A stretch of 63,957 nucleotides of DNA, counting the filler, from Salisapilia sapeloensis CBS 127946 (Eukaryota > Protista > Oomycota): NCBI GenBank assembly GCA_023334545.1. It is 7 parts of 7 records of this genome, joined end to end, with 100 filler letters (N's around TTAATTAATTAA, not from the genome) between each part and the next. Parts side by side here need not be neighbours in the genome. Positions count along the whole stretch, not along the records: positions 52,412 to 56,220 come from JAADVB010000723.1; positions 56,321 to 63,957 come from JAADVB010000512.1; 5 more parts are not named here. One strand, given 5' to 3'. Below are positions 53,724 to 63,957 of this stretch, in pieces (within the stretch, counting starts at the first letter, position 1; every line of letters starts with the position of its first letter). The position numbers and the translations under genes are program-made. The notes beneath the pieces are model-generated. The model did no database searches. It was not told the origin of the DNA and worked only from the letters and a program-made list of their open reading frames with translations.

Positions 53724-56220
53724 ATGCGTGCGAAAAAGTGGTCTATCTTTATCGTGTTACTCGGGTGTCTGCCCTGTACGATACGTGGCTATGCTCCGAA
53801 TTACTTTATAGGAACTTGTCTAACCCCAGAATGGGTCGCTGAAACGGAAAGAAAGCTTGAAATTGATTCCAAGAAACGTGATAGATATGGCAGACTTGAG
53901 CATCCATTCCTTCGCCCTGCTTCTACTATTCAATACCGCCTTGTAGAAGACGATCGCCAATCCTTGGCGGGTATATTCTCCGGCCAGTGTCTACGCGATC
54001 ATATCGGATTTTATGGTCCTAACGCGCAGGTTGATGAGGGTGATAAGATAATCAGTCAAGATGACATTCGAGGCACACTTGTGGTTGAAATTCAAGCATG
54101 GACTACCCATACTGTCACCGCAATGATATATTCTATTCTCGCTCAAGAAATTTTGGGATATAAAGTCTCAATTTTAAAGACAAGCATTCAACCTAAAATG
54201 GCCGAGAGAATGTCAACTGAGAAAGCAGGAACATGTACACCAACGCATATAAATTTAGAATCATGGGATGCTAACAGACGCAATTTGTACGCCATCCATC
54301 ACGCTGATGTTGCTCGATTAGGTAGCATCGGTTATAATGGTCGAGCTGGTCTTTATACCACTGCCGACTTTGTTCGGCTTGCATTAGATGAGACTGCTTT
54401 CGACTCTGGGCCGTACTCAGTTGACTTTTGGCGTGATTATAAGATGGAGGATGCAATAATTGATGCGGTTTCCATGAGCAAATTTAACAATACCGCTTTT
54501 TATCCAACTAGCGAAGTATACTGTAAGGACGGTACTATGGGATGCCTAGATAATTGTGCAAGAACGTACGCATGTACACTTCGAGAAGAAAGAGGTGATG
54601 AGTGTATAGTCGTGCAGCTCATGGTCGACTCATATGATCCAGGGTACTTTCAGGCAGTGCTTGATAACTTGGATGTTGCAGCCTATATGTGCTTCATTGG
54701 CCATGAAGGTGTGCAACTGTATGCCAATTATGCGAAAGAGAACAAAATTCCAATCCTTTTTTACCATTTTGAACCGGATATATTCCATGCACAGCACAAA
54801 GGAGATTTTCAGCGAGTTCTATTACCACTTACGAGGCCCGAAAGAGTTGTCCTAGACACGAATACATTCGGTGAGAACGGATATGGGCAGCGAACGAATA
54901 ATAAGGTTGACGTCGACTTTCCGTCGATGACCTTGAGCAAATACATGAGTAGGGTGCTTAAGAACACCGAAGCAGGCGCTCTCGCTCAAGCCATATCCAT
55001 TTCCGAGTTTCACGTCAGTGACATTATGGAGCGGTACTTTAATGAGACGAATAGCGGAAACAGCTCCGACCCCTACTTCACAGTTGCTTGTGGCTGGGTC
55101 CGAGACAATTACAAATCGTGGAAGGCTTGGTTGAGTCGTCCGGATATCTGCACTTTTGAAAAGCATGTAAAATATACAATCACTGGGTGTGGAAACTCAT
55201 CGAACGAAAGGGTGATCACATTTGAATGGAAGGACCCTGATTCTGTAAATCCATCTTTACCAGCTAGCTGTGATGGAGGGTTGTTAAGCTTGCCAGATCC
55301 AATTCGGACGAGTCGTACATGTGATTGGCTTGAGCCACGGTACAATATTTGGACAGGATGGATTAAGCAGTTGGATTACTGTGACCAAAGTTATTATTCG
55401 TACACAGTCTCCGATTGCGATAATAACGCATATCGCTACGTCACGTATCACTGGCTTCTTCCAAATAAAAGTGACCCGTCAAAGCCTATCGACTGTGAAG
55501 TCAAAGACATCACACTACCGGATGATGTGGTGATTCATTGCGAATACGTACCTACTTCTTTTTTGGGATACACCGCGGTCCTCATCCTATGTGCCCTCTT
55601 TAATGCTTTGCTTATACTTTTACTTACTGTAGTATATATCCGTCGTGAAGCGCCTATTATCAAAAGATCGCAGTACCAACTTTTAATGACGATGATCATG
55701 GGCGGCATCATGATGGTCTCAGCTACCGCAGTGTACGCTGGAAAGCCAACCAAAGCTCTTTGCCTTATGCGACCAACTCTAATATGCTTTGGATTCACAA
55801 CTGTATTTGGTGCATTGATTGTGAAGTCATTACGAGTTTATCGCGTCTTTATGAAAAGCTCTATGAAAAAGCAAATCGTATCGACATGGAATGCATTTAT
55901 GAAACTCTTTGGACTCTACTTTATAGATACTATCATCCTATCGGTGTGGTTTGCTGTCGACCCACCGGTTCCAACGATCCATGAGGTCGAGTCCGCCGAA
56001 TTTGCAGGTTACGTTGATGTGAATAAATGCAGTTCAGAGAACGGCATATTCAGCATCATGCTTATGTTTTGGAAAGCTGTAATGCTCTTTATGGGCTTAT
56101 ACGCCTCATTCTTGATTCGACATGTATCTGCAGATTTCCAAGAAGCCATTTGGATCTTTGCATCAAGCGTCGTTGTACTACTGGGATGTCTGGTCATCTT
56201 ACCATTGGCGTATATGGTAA
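53724..56220 (+). CDS. Class C-like (7tm_3/GABA-B-like) GPCR with a solute-binding-protein-like ectodomain; 3' end in the gap
   Basis: Signal peptide MRAKKWSIFIVLLGCLPCTIRG with an Inr-like TCATTC just upstream (an alternative ATG lies at 53622). SBP-like 'WTTHTVTAMIYSILAQEILGYKV' and 'GSIGYNGRAGLY'; Cys-rich linker; 7tm_3 motifs RREAPIIKRSQ, GALIVKSLRVYRVF, IRHVSADFQEAIWI. Confidence 0.8.
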
Positions 56221-56320
56221 NNNNNNNNNNNNNNNNNNNNNNNNNNNNNNNNNNNNNNNNNNNNTTAATTAATTAANNNNNNNNNNNNNNNNNNNNNNNN
56301 NNNNNNNNNNNNNNNNNNNN
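56221..56320. other. Artificial contig spacer
   Basis: N44-TTAATTAATTAA-N44. Confidence 0.97.
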
Positions 56321-56549
56321 TCGGCCGACCTTGGGCATTTCCAGGCCTGGCACACATCAAGAAATTGCTCAGCTCTTGTGCAGTCGGATCCGTCCATCCA
56401 TCCATCATATGCAGAGTCCATCCAGAGTGAAAATGTTTTGGAAGCCTCCCGAACGTGAGCATATGCAGCGCATCCAGTTCATCTAAAACTAACGCACTAA
56501 CAGTCTTAGTTTGCGAGTCCGAATGCATAAAGAGTAGGAGTGTCTCCAT
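56321..56549 (-). CDS. Open frame running into the gap; either a further exon of the upstream gene or the start of another gene
   Basis: METLLLFMHSD...GWTLHMMDGWTDPTAQELSNFL, open to the contig end; no family recognised. Confidence 0.3.
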
Positions 56550-56807
56550 CAGGTTGATATATCATCGTATGATATGAAAGATTAGTATATTTGCTTAAGT
56601 GGTTAATGGTACCATGACTGCTGCCTCTGCGTGTCATATAACTTCAAGCATGAGTTTTGGCCGCCTGTCTGGACGCTACTACAAGCTTTGCATGCAGTGC
56701 TCATCATATGTATGCATCCACAACTAGAGCATCCGATATAAGTAGTAAGAACTCATTTGAAGTCTATTTCCCAAGGTCAGCATAGGTTTATAGTAAAATA
56801 GTCGAGA

Positions 56808-59490
56808 CTATTGCATCCGAAGAAGTACTCCGCCGATATTTTCCTACCCAAACTAATCACCGTTTTACTCAAAACAATTTGCTTCGTACTTGGTTCGAAA
56901 AGCGAGTCGTTACGGGTAGTACGGATTCATGCGTGCTGAGCGCGATCGGTGGAGATAGCTTAAGTGGGAATTTCTGACCACTTCGACTCAAAGTCCACTG
57001 AGCATCAATTTCTCTGGTAAAGGATTGGAAGGTCAACCCTGTGTGATGGGCTTTTGCAGTGACATGTTTTATTATATGCTGTCGCTCCAAGAGAGGCGGG
57101 TGTGTTGAAGCTTCTTGATCGATTACTTTTTCGCATAGCCGATGTAGAGTTGTCGACTTGATGTGCTTATAGACAAGATCATCGGCAAGCCCCATAATGC
57201 TTGGACTAGCCAGTACTGTGCCATTCACATTCGAAACAATCCCGCAGTGTGGGCAAGCGGTGGGTCTTCGCTTTTTATCTTGGATAGTTATCTCACTATT
57301 CTTTCCGCTGGCGGCCATGCATCGATCACACATGGATTTGCCAATGATAATTTCTTGTGAAGTCTCGGAAATAATTGCACATACAACAGTTTTTGTCCCT
57401 GAGGTCCTTCGTAGCAGGCGATCGACTACATTGACATCATTGTCACTCATCTACGTATCAAGCGCCGAGAATAAATGTTAGAGTATTGTGTTTCTATTTG
57501 AGTTTTGACAATCAGTTCTTTACCTTATCACTTAAAATAATGATCCCATGTGCGCCAGAGGACGATGGAATTTTGTTGACGTTGATAGCAACTGGTCCTT
57601 GATCTGAGATGCCATTCTTTTGTACCCTCGTGTAGTGTGCTACGGCTTGTTCACCAGTTATGGCAAGTTCCCATTGAAAACCTTCTTTACGCAGTATCCT
57701 TTCAGTCCATATTTGAGCCTTGGAGCATTTCTCGACCAGTAGAACACGAGGAAGTCTGTCCATAATCGCAGACAAGTTTGCGTTCGTAGTTGCTGGGAAG
57801 ACTCGCAAAGACTCACCACCAAAACTTGATACATGGACGAGCTGTCTATCATAAAACCTGGTAGCAACTTTAGCAGTGGCCCAAGCATTTCAGGTGGCAA
57901 TAAGAAATATAAATGTTTAGCACCTACATCAAAAACGTCGGTGCGGCTGTAACGCGATAGCGCTGGAGAAGTAGCTTTGATTCTGCCAAGTCACATTTCA
58001 CAAGGACGTATTTGCCTCTACATGAATGCAGAAAATTAATATTCTGACTATTAGTACAGGTTACCACAAGTTACTTACCTGATGTTTGAGTTATTTGGAC
58101 GGAAAGCATCACCACTGCTACCTTGCAACGATACCATCGTCTCAATTTGTTCCAGCACAGCTTCGGCTTGACGTGACTTTCGGTCATCTGGTCGTAGACA
58201 AGCTACTATGACCAATTTCTCAGAACTAGTGTATTTTTGAAGATAGTCGTCCAGGTTTTCGGCCTTGAGTGTTGGTATTGTCTTATTAGTGGCCTTAGTT
58301 CTTCCACCGGGAACAACGAGCTCATTGCTATATCGACCACTAGCATTTGTCAAGGCTCCCGCTCTGCGCAGAGACGGGTTTTCCTGCACGAGGCGTTCTC
58401 TAACTTCCACTGATCCCAGCCATTTCCCTGTTCTAGGATCACACAGACGTCGAAGCGACTCGGACGCATTGTTCGGCTTATCTGGCTGTCCATATAAACT
58501 CTGCAAAGCATTGATCTCTGTCCCAGACGGTGGTAACCGTGGTGCTTCACTGATTGTTTTGTCTATAGCGTCCTGCTTCCACCGACTGTCAAGTGTTGGA
58601 ACGACTGAATTAGCTCCGTATCCTCCAAAGTTCATTTCAAGAGACGCAACAACAGAGCGTATTTGCTCATGGTCAAACTGGTCACTGCGCGGCTTTTGCT
58701 TACTCCGTTTTTCACTCGATGCCAACTCGATTTGCTGTTGTCTTTCATTAAGTGATGGCATATGGACTTCCTTGAATATCCTCTGACCGCACATTCGTCC
58801 GTTCGTCGCTACTCGAGAGTGATCGAGATATGTGTCACTGCGACGAAGTTGCTCACCACAGGCAAACGATATCTCGATGCTAGCGCATGGTGCAAACTTG
58901 ACATCGATGTCACGACGATTCTTGTATGTGAGAGTCAGTTTGTCATTGAGTTGGAATTTGATGCCCGCTGGACCTCCTTCACTACCATTCCACTTCCAAT
59001 TCTATTGTCGTAAATTAGATCATGCTGTGTCTTGCACATTTCTACTTAGAACCTTTAAAATGTCATTGTGCTTGTCCAACAGCATTCCACCCTCCCTTGA
59101 TAGTAGAAGTTTCGTCCCTTTCGGATTGCCGAGTGTTCCAACCTAAAAGCATTATTCATGAGTATATTTACTGTCGCAACGGTATAGCAACATGTAGGTG
59201 CACGAATAGAGTTCATACAGCATGTTGATCAATACTTCCTAACAATGTTTTTTGCTGGTTATCCCCGTAAAATTGGAAACAGCGCTGGTAGTCGCTGACT
59301 TTAATTGCACAGACTGCGACACGACCGGACTCGTAACTATGGAACCGATATGATAGTACAGTGTTGCCGTCCAAACTAAGAATGAGGTCAAAAGGACATA
59401 CTAGCAAAACCCGCACCCATCGGCATCAAGTTGTATCGCAGCTTCCCCTGACGAATAGCACTGCCTCTGCGGCCTGCTGACATTATCCAT
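56808..59490 (-). CDS. Multi-exon protein: FAM194 (ERICH6/C3orf20-like) domain + thioredoxin-like fold + receiver-like domain; 3' end uncertain
   Basis: Splicing from ATG 59490 gives FCYYESGRVAVC...LLLSREGGMLLDKHNDILKNWKW (FAM194-like); then KLVIVACL...VKCDLAESKLLLQRYRVTAAPTFLMFYDRQLV (Trx-like); then PRVLLVEK...ILRKEGFQWELAITGEQAV...IIILSDKM (receiver-like); then CPHC. Confidence 0.6.
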
Positions 59491-61751
59491 TGTGAAGACC
59501 AAGAAAACAATTCTTTTCGTGCACCAAGGTTTCAAGTACAGATGTGAAAGGATAAAAAAGCTATTTCAGGTAGATTTTTATGCTTTATTTTTAGTCTGTT
59601 AGATTGCTATGCAGCAAGCTCAAACATGATCTAATCTCCAGCGGGACGGATACAAACATGAAATTGGAAATTCGCTTTTGCTTTACTCCATTCCCACTAT
59701 CTGGAAACTTCGTGCCATCATGACAACCTCTCTTTTAACCGACACATAACGTTGCCATACCTTATTCATTTAGACGCCTAGGACAATGGTACCCATCTGC
59801 TCCAATATCGCGATGCATCATTAAAAGTTAGGAATCGCAGCTTCAAGAGACATTGACCGCTTTGGAATGCAGCTTTCGATACGTCATTTTGTGTTTGTGC
59901 CATGGCAAAAATCTGGTAAATTTAATTGCCTCCATTGGTCTTCATCTTAGAGCAGAGGAAACCCTGATATAAGTAGATTTTAAAAGAGCTAGGATGTCAT
60001 AAAGCATTAAGTTGTATCATTTCAGGAAGAGCCGCAGCCATACTTGAGTGAGTGCATGTTTGATGTGGCTGAATAGAATGCATCATCCACCATAGCTGAC
60101 TATTCCCTCGCAGTCATTCTACATAAGAAATCTGCATAACATTGGGATCGTGCCGAATCTGAACCGGAGCCCAGTGGAATAGACAACCTATATTCGTAAA
60201 TCAACCTCGAACGGGTTGGAATCGTTCGACCCATTACCCACCGAGCACTAACAATATGATTTTATGATGTATTAATGAGGTGCTTAAATGGCAGCACTAT
60301 TGTCTCTTTTGACCACGTCACGCACGCAGAGCCCGCGCACTTACTCCCTTATAAGGAAGACGAAGGCAAAGTATTCTGTTCTTTGAGATATAATGTAGAA
60401 TTGCCTAGTCCGAGTTAATGCTTCTCTATTAAACTCGTATGATAAGTCGCTGCTGCCTTTGAGTACATATACAGTTGATGTTCAGTCATGCACTTTGTAC
60501 AACAACGTTAAAAAGTAAAAGTAGATCATAGTGAACAATTTTTTCGTCCATAGTGAAAGCGGCAATCAATGTCCTTCATGAAGTCATTTTACCCTTTAAT
60601 GCTCGTACACGTACCACAGTGTAGTACTGGTTCTAATACTGCACTAGTCGCGGACATTGCTTGCAAACTTAGTGACGGATTGAAAGCTTTATTACGCATT
60701 CTTCATACATCTCAGAGTAAAGTATAGGTGGTCGCTCTTGCAATTCTTGGTGGCAGCGATGTGGGAGCCAATCTGGCGTTAGGCTTTGCATGAACGCATC
60801 CAGATGACTTATATTAGATAAACCGATTCTATCACCAGCAGGTTGGTTGGCTGAAATGCTGAGGGAGGTAGTGTACTTCAGGGGGCAGATACTTTTATAT
60901 CCGTTTCATTCCTAATGATATCCAGACATGATGTTATCGTGGGTCGACGGAACAACTTAATGTGTCGGTAGTTTGTTTGTGCAGCTACAATGGTGACATA
61001 CAGGATGATCGACGTGGGAACGGCATACAATTGGCAGCACAGCGCTTGCCGAAAAGTTTAACAAATCCTGTGCACACTCACATGCAACGATTTACCCTTA
61101 GCGTTTACCACCGCACCCTCTGTACATCAACCTCTGATCTCGGTAGGGGTTGAGATGATCGTTTGGCACACTTGCGATACAGCCCACACGTTTGGAAAAT
61201 CATGCCAGTATTCGGAATAGACTGGGATGACAACTATTCTTATTGTAATTTAGAGTAAGCACTCATTCGTGAGTAAACCATCCAATACGTATCCACTCGC
61301 GCTCCGAGCATATTCCCACACCCAGCATGATTCGTTGGAAAGGACACAAAGAAGATCTTCTATACCCCATGGCATGTTAAGGCCTGATCTCAGAGACGGT
61401 TATTGATGCCTCCATGTCCACCGTAGACATGTTAATGCAAGTGAAGAACTTTCCCGCGCCTTTTTAGTTTCCTTCTGTATTCGGAGCAGACAATTTGACT
61501 CGCATGCCACTTGCTACGCCAACTTGACCAAGTATCTAGCTGCTCATTGCATCATCTGAACCGGACATCCAGCTGGGTGTGTCCATCGCTGTTCACAAAA
61601 CATTGTCGTGCTGTCGTAGTCCCTACATTCGTCGGCCACAGCAGACGTCGGCACTAACGCCCGAAGCTCACACTCCTATTTTCCGTTCGCCAAGCTTTTA
61701 GTCTTGGCATTATTGTCGTTTCATCTTACAAGCCCTCATTCGGTGCTCAAA

Positions 61752-63623
61752 ATGGTCGAAGGTCGTCCAACACTTATCACTAGAGCTAGGAACTCTTCGA
61801 GTACGTCTCAGAAATTCCCTTTGCCGCTAGACTTTTTCCCGAGAGCTGACATCTCCCTCGGTAAGCAACGAGAATGGGAGGAGGAAGCCGACTTGGTCCT
61901 CAATTCATTGATTGATGAATCCTCGTGGTCCATGAGCAATGAAGACAGCACGCGAGGATGGAAGCTAGCGTCCTCTCAGCGTCAATATCGTGAGAATGGC
62001 GTACGTACGTATTGCCGCAAGTCGCAGCAGCCGCATCAGAGAGCAATGTACGGAACGTCGCAGTTGGAGGTCAAATCCCTAGGTAGAGTTTCACTTCCAT
62101 TGCGCGAAGCACTGCCAGCACTACATGCTGACTCGACAAGCGATCTACGTAGTGGTCTCGACTTCCTACTTGGCAACCAGTACGTCGACTCTGCCGTCCT
62201 CTCTACGATGACACCTCGTTCGAACAATCATCATGCCTCGTACCTAGGACTGCATTGGGCAGCACTGCGGTCGAATGGTGTGTTTGGCAAGAAGCGAGAC
62301 TTTTGCTATCTAAAGAAGATGGGCTCGATGATCAACAAGGCGGACGGTCAAGAGCTTGGCTTTGTATTGTTACATTCCGTCGACGAAGACGCTTGTAAGC
62401 CACTAGACAACACGCTCGGTCTCACTCGATCGCGTATTTCTGGTGTTTTACTACTAAAAGAACGGCAGGAAGGTCGGACGACGGACGTGATGTGGCACGG
62501 GTGGCTCACAAGTCCAGGCAGCACGTCGTCCTCCAAGACCGCTTCTCTAATTAACGACGCCGTCGCATCGCTCCTGAGCAAACTCCACCGTTTTGTTGAG
62601 ATCAAATACGTTACCAAGCAGATTCAGCAGTCGGATAAGCACCCAGCAGATGTGCGCGTTAAAGGGAATCGTAAGCGCTGCTCTGTCTGCATGCGAAAGT
62701 TTAACATCATGCGTACTCGGAGGCAGTGCGGTGCATGCGGCGCTGCTGTCTGTAAGGACTGTGAAGTATCAGGCAATGCAGATCTACTGGAGGCAGCGAG
62801 GCAGCCAGAGCCGACGGACCTTAAAGGCAACAAGCGCCATTTTTGCAGCAAATGCATGGAGGATGCTTGGCACGAGATGGAGAACCAGGCTGCGTCTCGT
62901 GATTCGCCTGATGACAGGATCGAAAAGAACTTGAATCCATCCAGCAGACAGCCATCTAGACGCAGGTCGACGCTTAATGAAGAAGCGTCAAGTGGCCGCT
63001 CGACAGAGCATCTGTCCATGCTCAGCAGCGACCTCAATTCGCCTATGCTGCGTGCAGACGTACCGCCCACCACCACTCGCTCGTCTCTACCAAAGATGAT
63101 GATCTACGGTGGAGACGCATGTGCCAGTACAGTTCCTCCAAGTCCCGGATCAGCTCCACCATCCAGCACGAAGCGTTCGCGACTCGAATCGGACTCGAGT
63201 GAAGTGTACGATGAGTTTGACAGCGAAGACTTGCGCAACAAGCCTAGAGAAAGCACATCAGAAAGTTTTTGTGACGAATTTAATACATTTGCAAGAGCGT
63301 CGACGTCCAGTGCAGGCAGCATGGATCAGTACGCCGACTCGAGAGACTTTGCTAGCAGGTTGTGGGAGATCTCTGTCATGGCCCAAGAGACACTGGACAC
63401 GACGCGACGGAACTCGAACTTGATGAGTGACACGAGCTCCCAGCGCACATCTGAAGTCCACCAGTTTTCAACTCTAGACAACTCTATCGCAGAGCAAGCA
63501 GAGATGCTCAACGTCCTCAGCTACGTCAGCACTGGAAAGGTGTACATGGAAAACGACGAATATGGTGGCGTCCGAGCATCGGATGCGTCTGATGCGTCCG
63601 ACCGATTCGAAGTAATCACGTAG
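61752..63623 (+). CDS. START-like domain + FYVE-type zinc finger protein (oomycete-expanded family)
   Basis: 'YLGLHWAALRS...KRDFCYL' START-like region; CSVCMRKFNIMRTRRQCGACGAAVCKDC...FCSKC; Ser-rich tail. First ATG at 61752. Confidence 0.85.
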   Translation: MVEGRPTLITRARNSSSTSQKFPLPLDFFPRADISLGKQREWEEEADLVLNSLIDESSWSMSNEDSTRGWKLASSQRQYRENGVRTYCRKSQQPHQRAMYGTSQLEVKSLGRVSLPLREALPALHADSTSDLRSGLDFLLGNQYVDSAVLSTMTPRSNNHHASYLGLHWAALRSNGVFGKKRDFCYLKKMGSMINKADGQELGFVLLHSVDEDACKPLDNTLGLTRSRISGVLLLKERQEGRTTDVMWHGWLTSPGSTSSSKTASLINDAVASLLSKLHRFVEIKYVTKQIQQSDKHPADVRVKGNRKRCSVCMRKFNIMRTRRQCGACGAAVCKDCEVSGNADLLEAARQPEPTDLKGNKRHFCSKCMEDAWHEMENQAASRDSPDDRIEKNLNPSSRQPSRRRSTLNEEASSGRSTEHLSMLSSDLNSPMLRADVPPTTTRSSLPKMMIYGGDACASTVPPSPGSAPPSSTKRSRLESDSSEVYDEFDSEDLRNKPRESTSESFCDEFNTFARASTSSAGSMDQYADSRDFASRLWEISVMAQETLDTTRRNSNLMSDTSSQRTSEVHQFSTLDNSIAEQAEMLNVLSYVSTGKVYMENDEYGGVRASDASDASDRFEVIT

Positions 63624-63781
63624 ATGGTATCCGTGTCGCTCCCACTTGAAAGCTTTCCAAGCTGCCAAGTATCACTTGTCCTTATTCCGCGTGCTGCAGA
63701 TTGAATGCCGATAAAGCAATAAACAAACACGTTAAGAAGTATTTCCTATGCGAACTGATTTTGATTTTCTATTACACTGGC

Positions 63782-63955
<174 letters not shown>

Positions 63956-63957
63956 CA

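Noticed and set aside
60212-60232. GGGTTGGAATCGTTCGACCC hairpin with a tRNA T-loop-like GTTCGA
   Set aside because: No acceptor stem, D-arm or anticodon arm can be folded around it.

Overview
Eukaryotic nuclear DNA, most likely from an oomycete (stramenopile). Support: oomycete-type START/FYVE, PLAC8, GLUT, CAP and class-C-GPCR-like genes, oomycete Inr/FPR-like promoter motifs, and short GT-AG introns (mostly 50-65 nt). The window is a scaffold of seven contigs joined by six artificial 100-nt spacers (N44-TTAATTAATTAA-N44), so gap sizes and gene continuity across gaps are unknown. Bases 1-18 kb and 40.7-49.9 kb are very gene-dense housekeeping blocks: GBP-like GTPase, GCFC, WKF, QDPR, two importin-beta proteins, TM9SF, ATG10, LMBRD1, DnaJ and eIF4A. 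Bases 18.3-38 kb and 50-62 kb are sparser and hold expanded or accessory families, a CAP pseudogene and a secreted repeat protein. Several genes that the ORF track fragments or misses were rebuilt by manual splicing: WKF, QDPR, a 608-aa CW-finger protein, C2orf69, arrestin, ATG10 and a FAM194-Trx-receiver protein. Most notable observations: (1) three contigs are each bounded by inverted paralogous sequences; (2) a FAM194/thioredoxin/receiver-like fusion; (3) a half-CCT factor with a five-fold repeated acidic motif; (4) a binding-protein/7TM receptor; (5) a GBP-like GTPase with a basic tail. I found no tRNA, rRNA, CRISPR array or recognisable transposase. All family assignments come from motif recall, not database searches.
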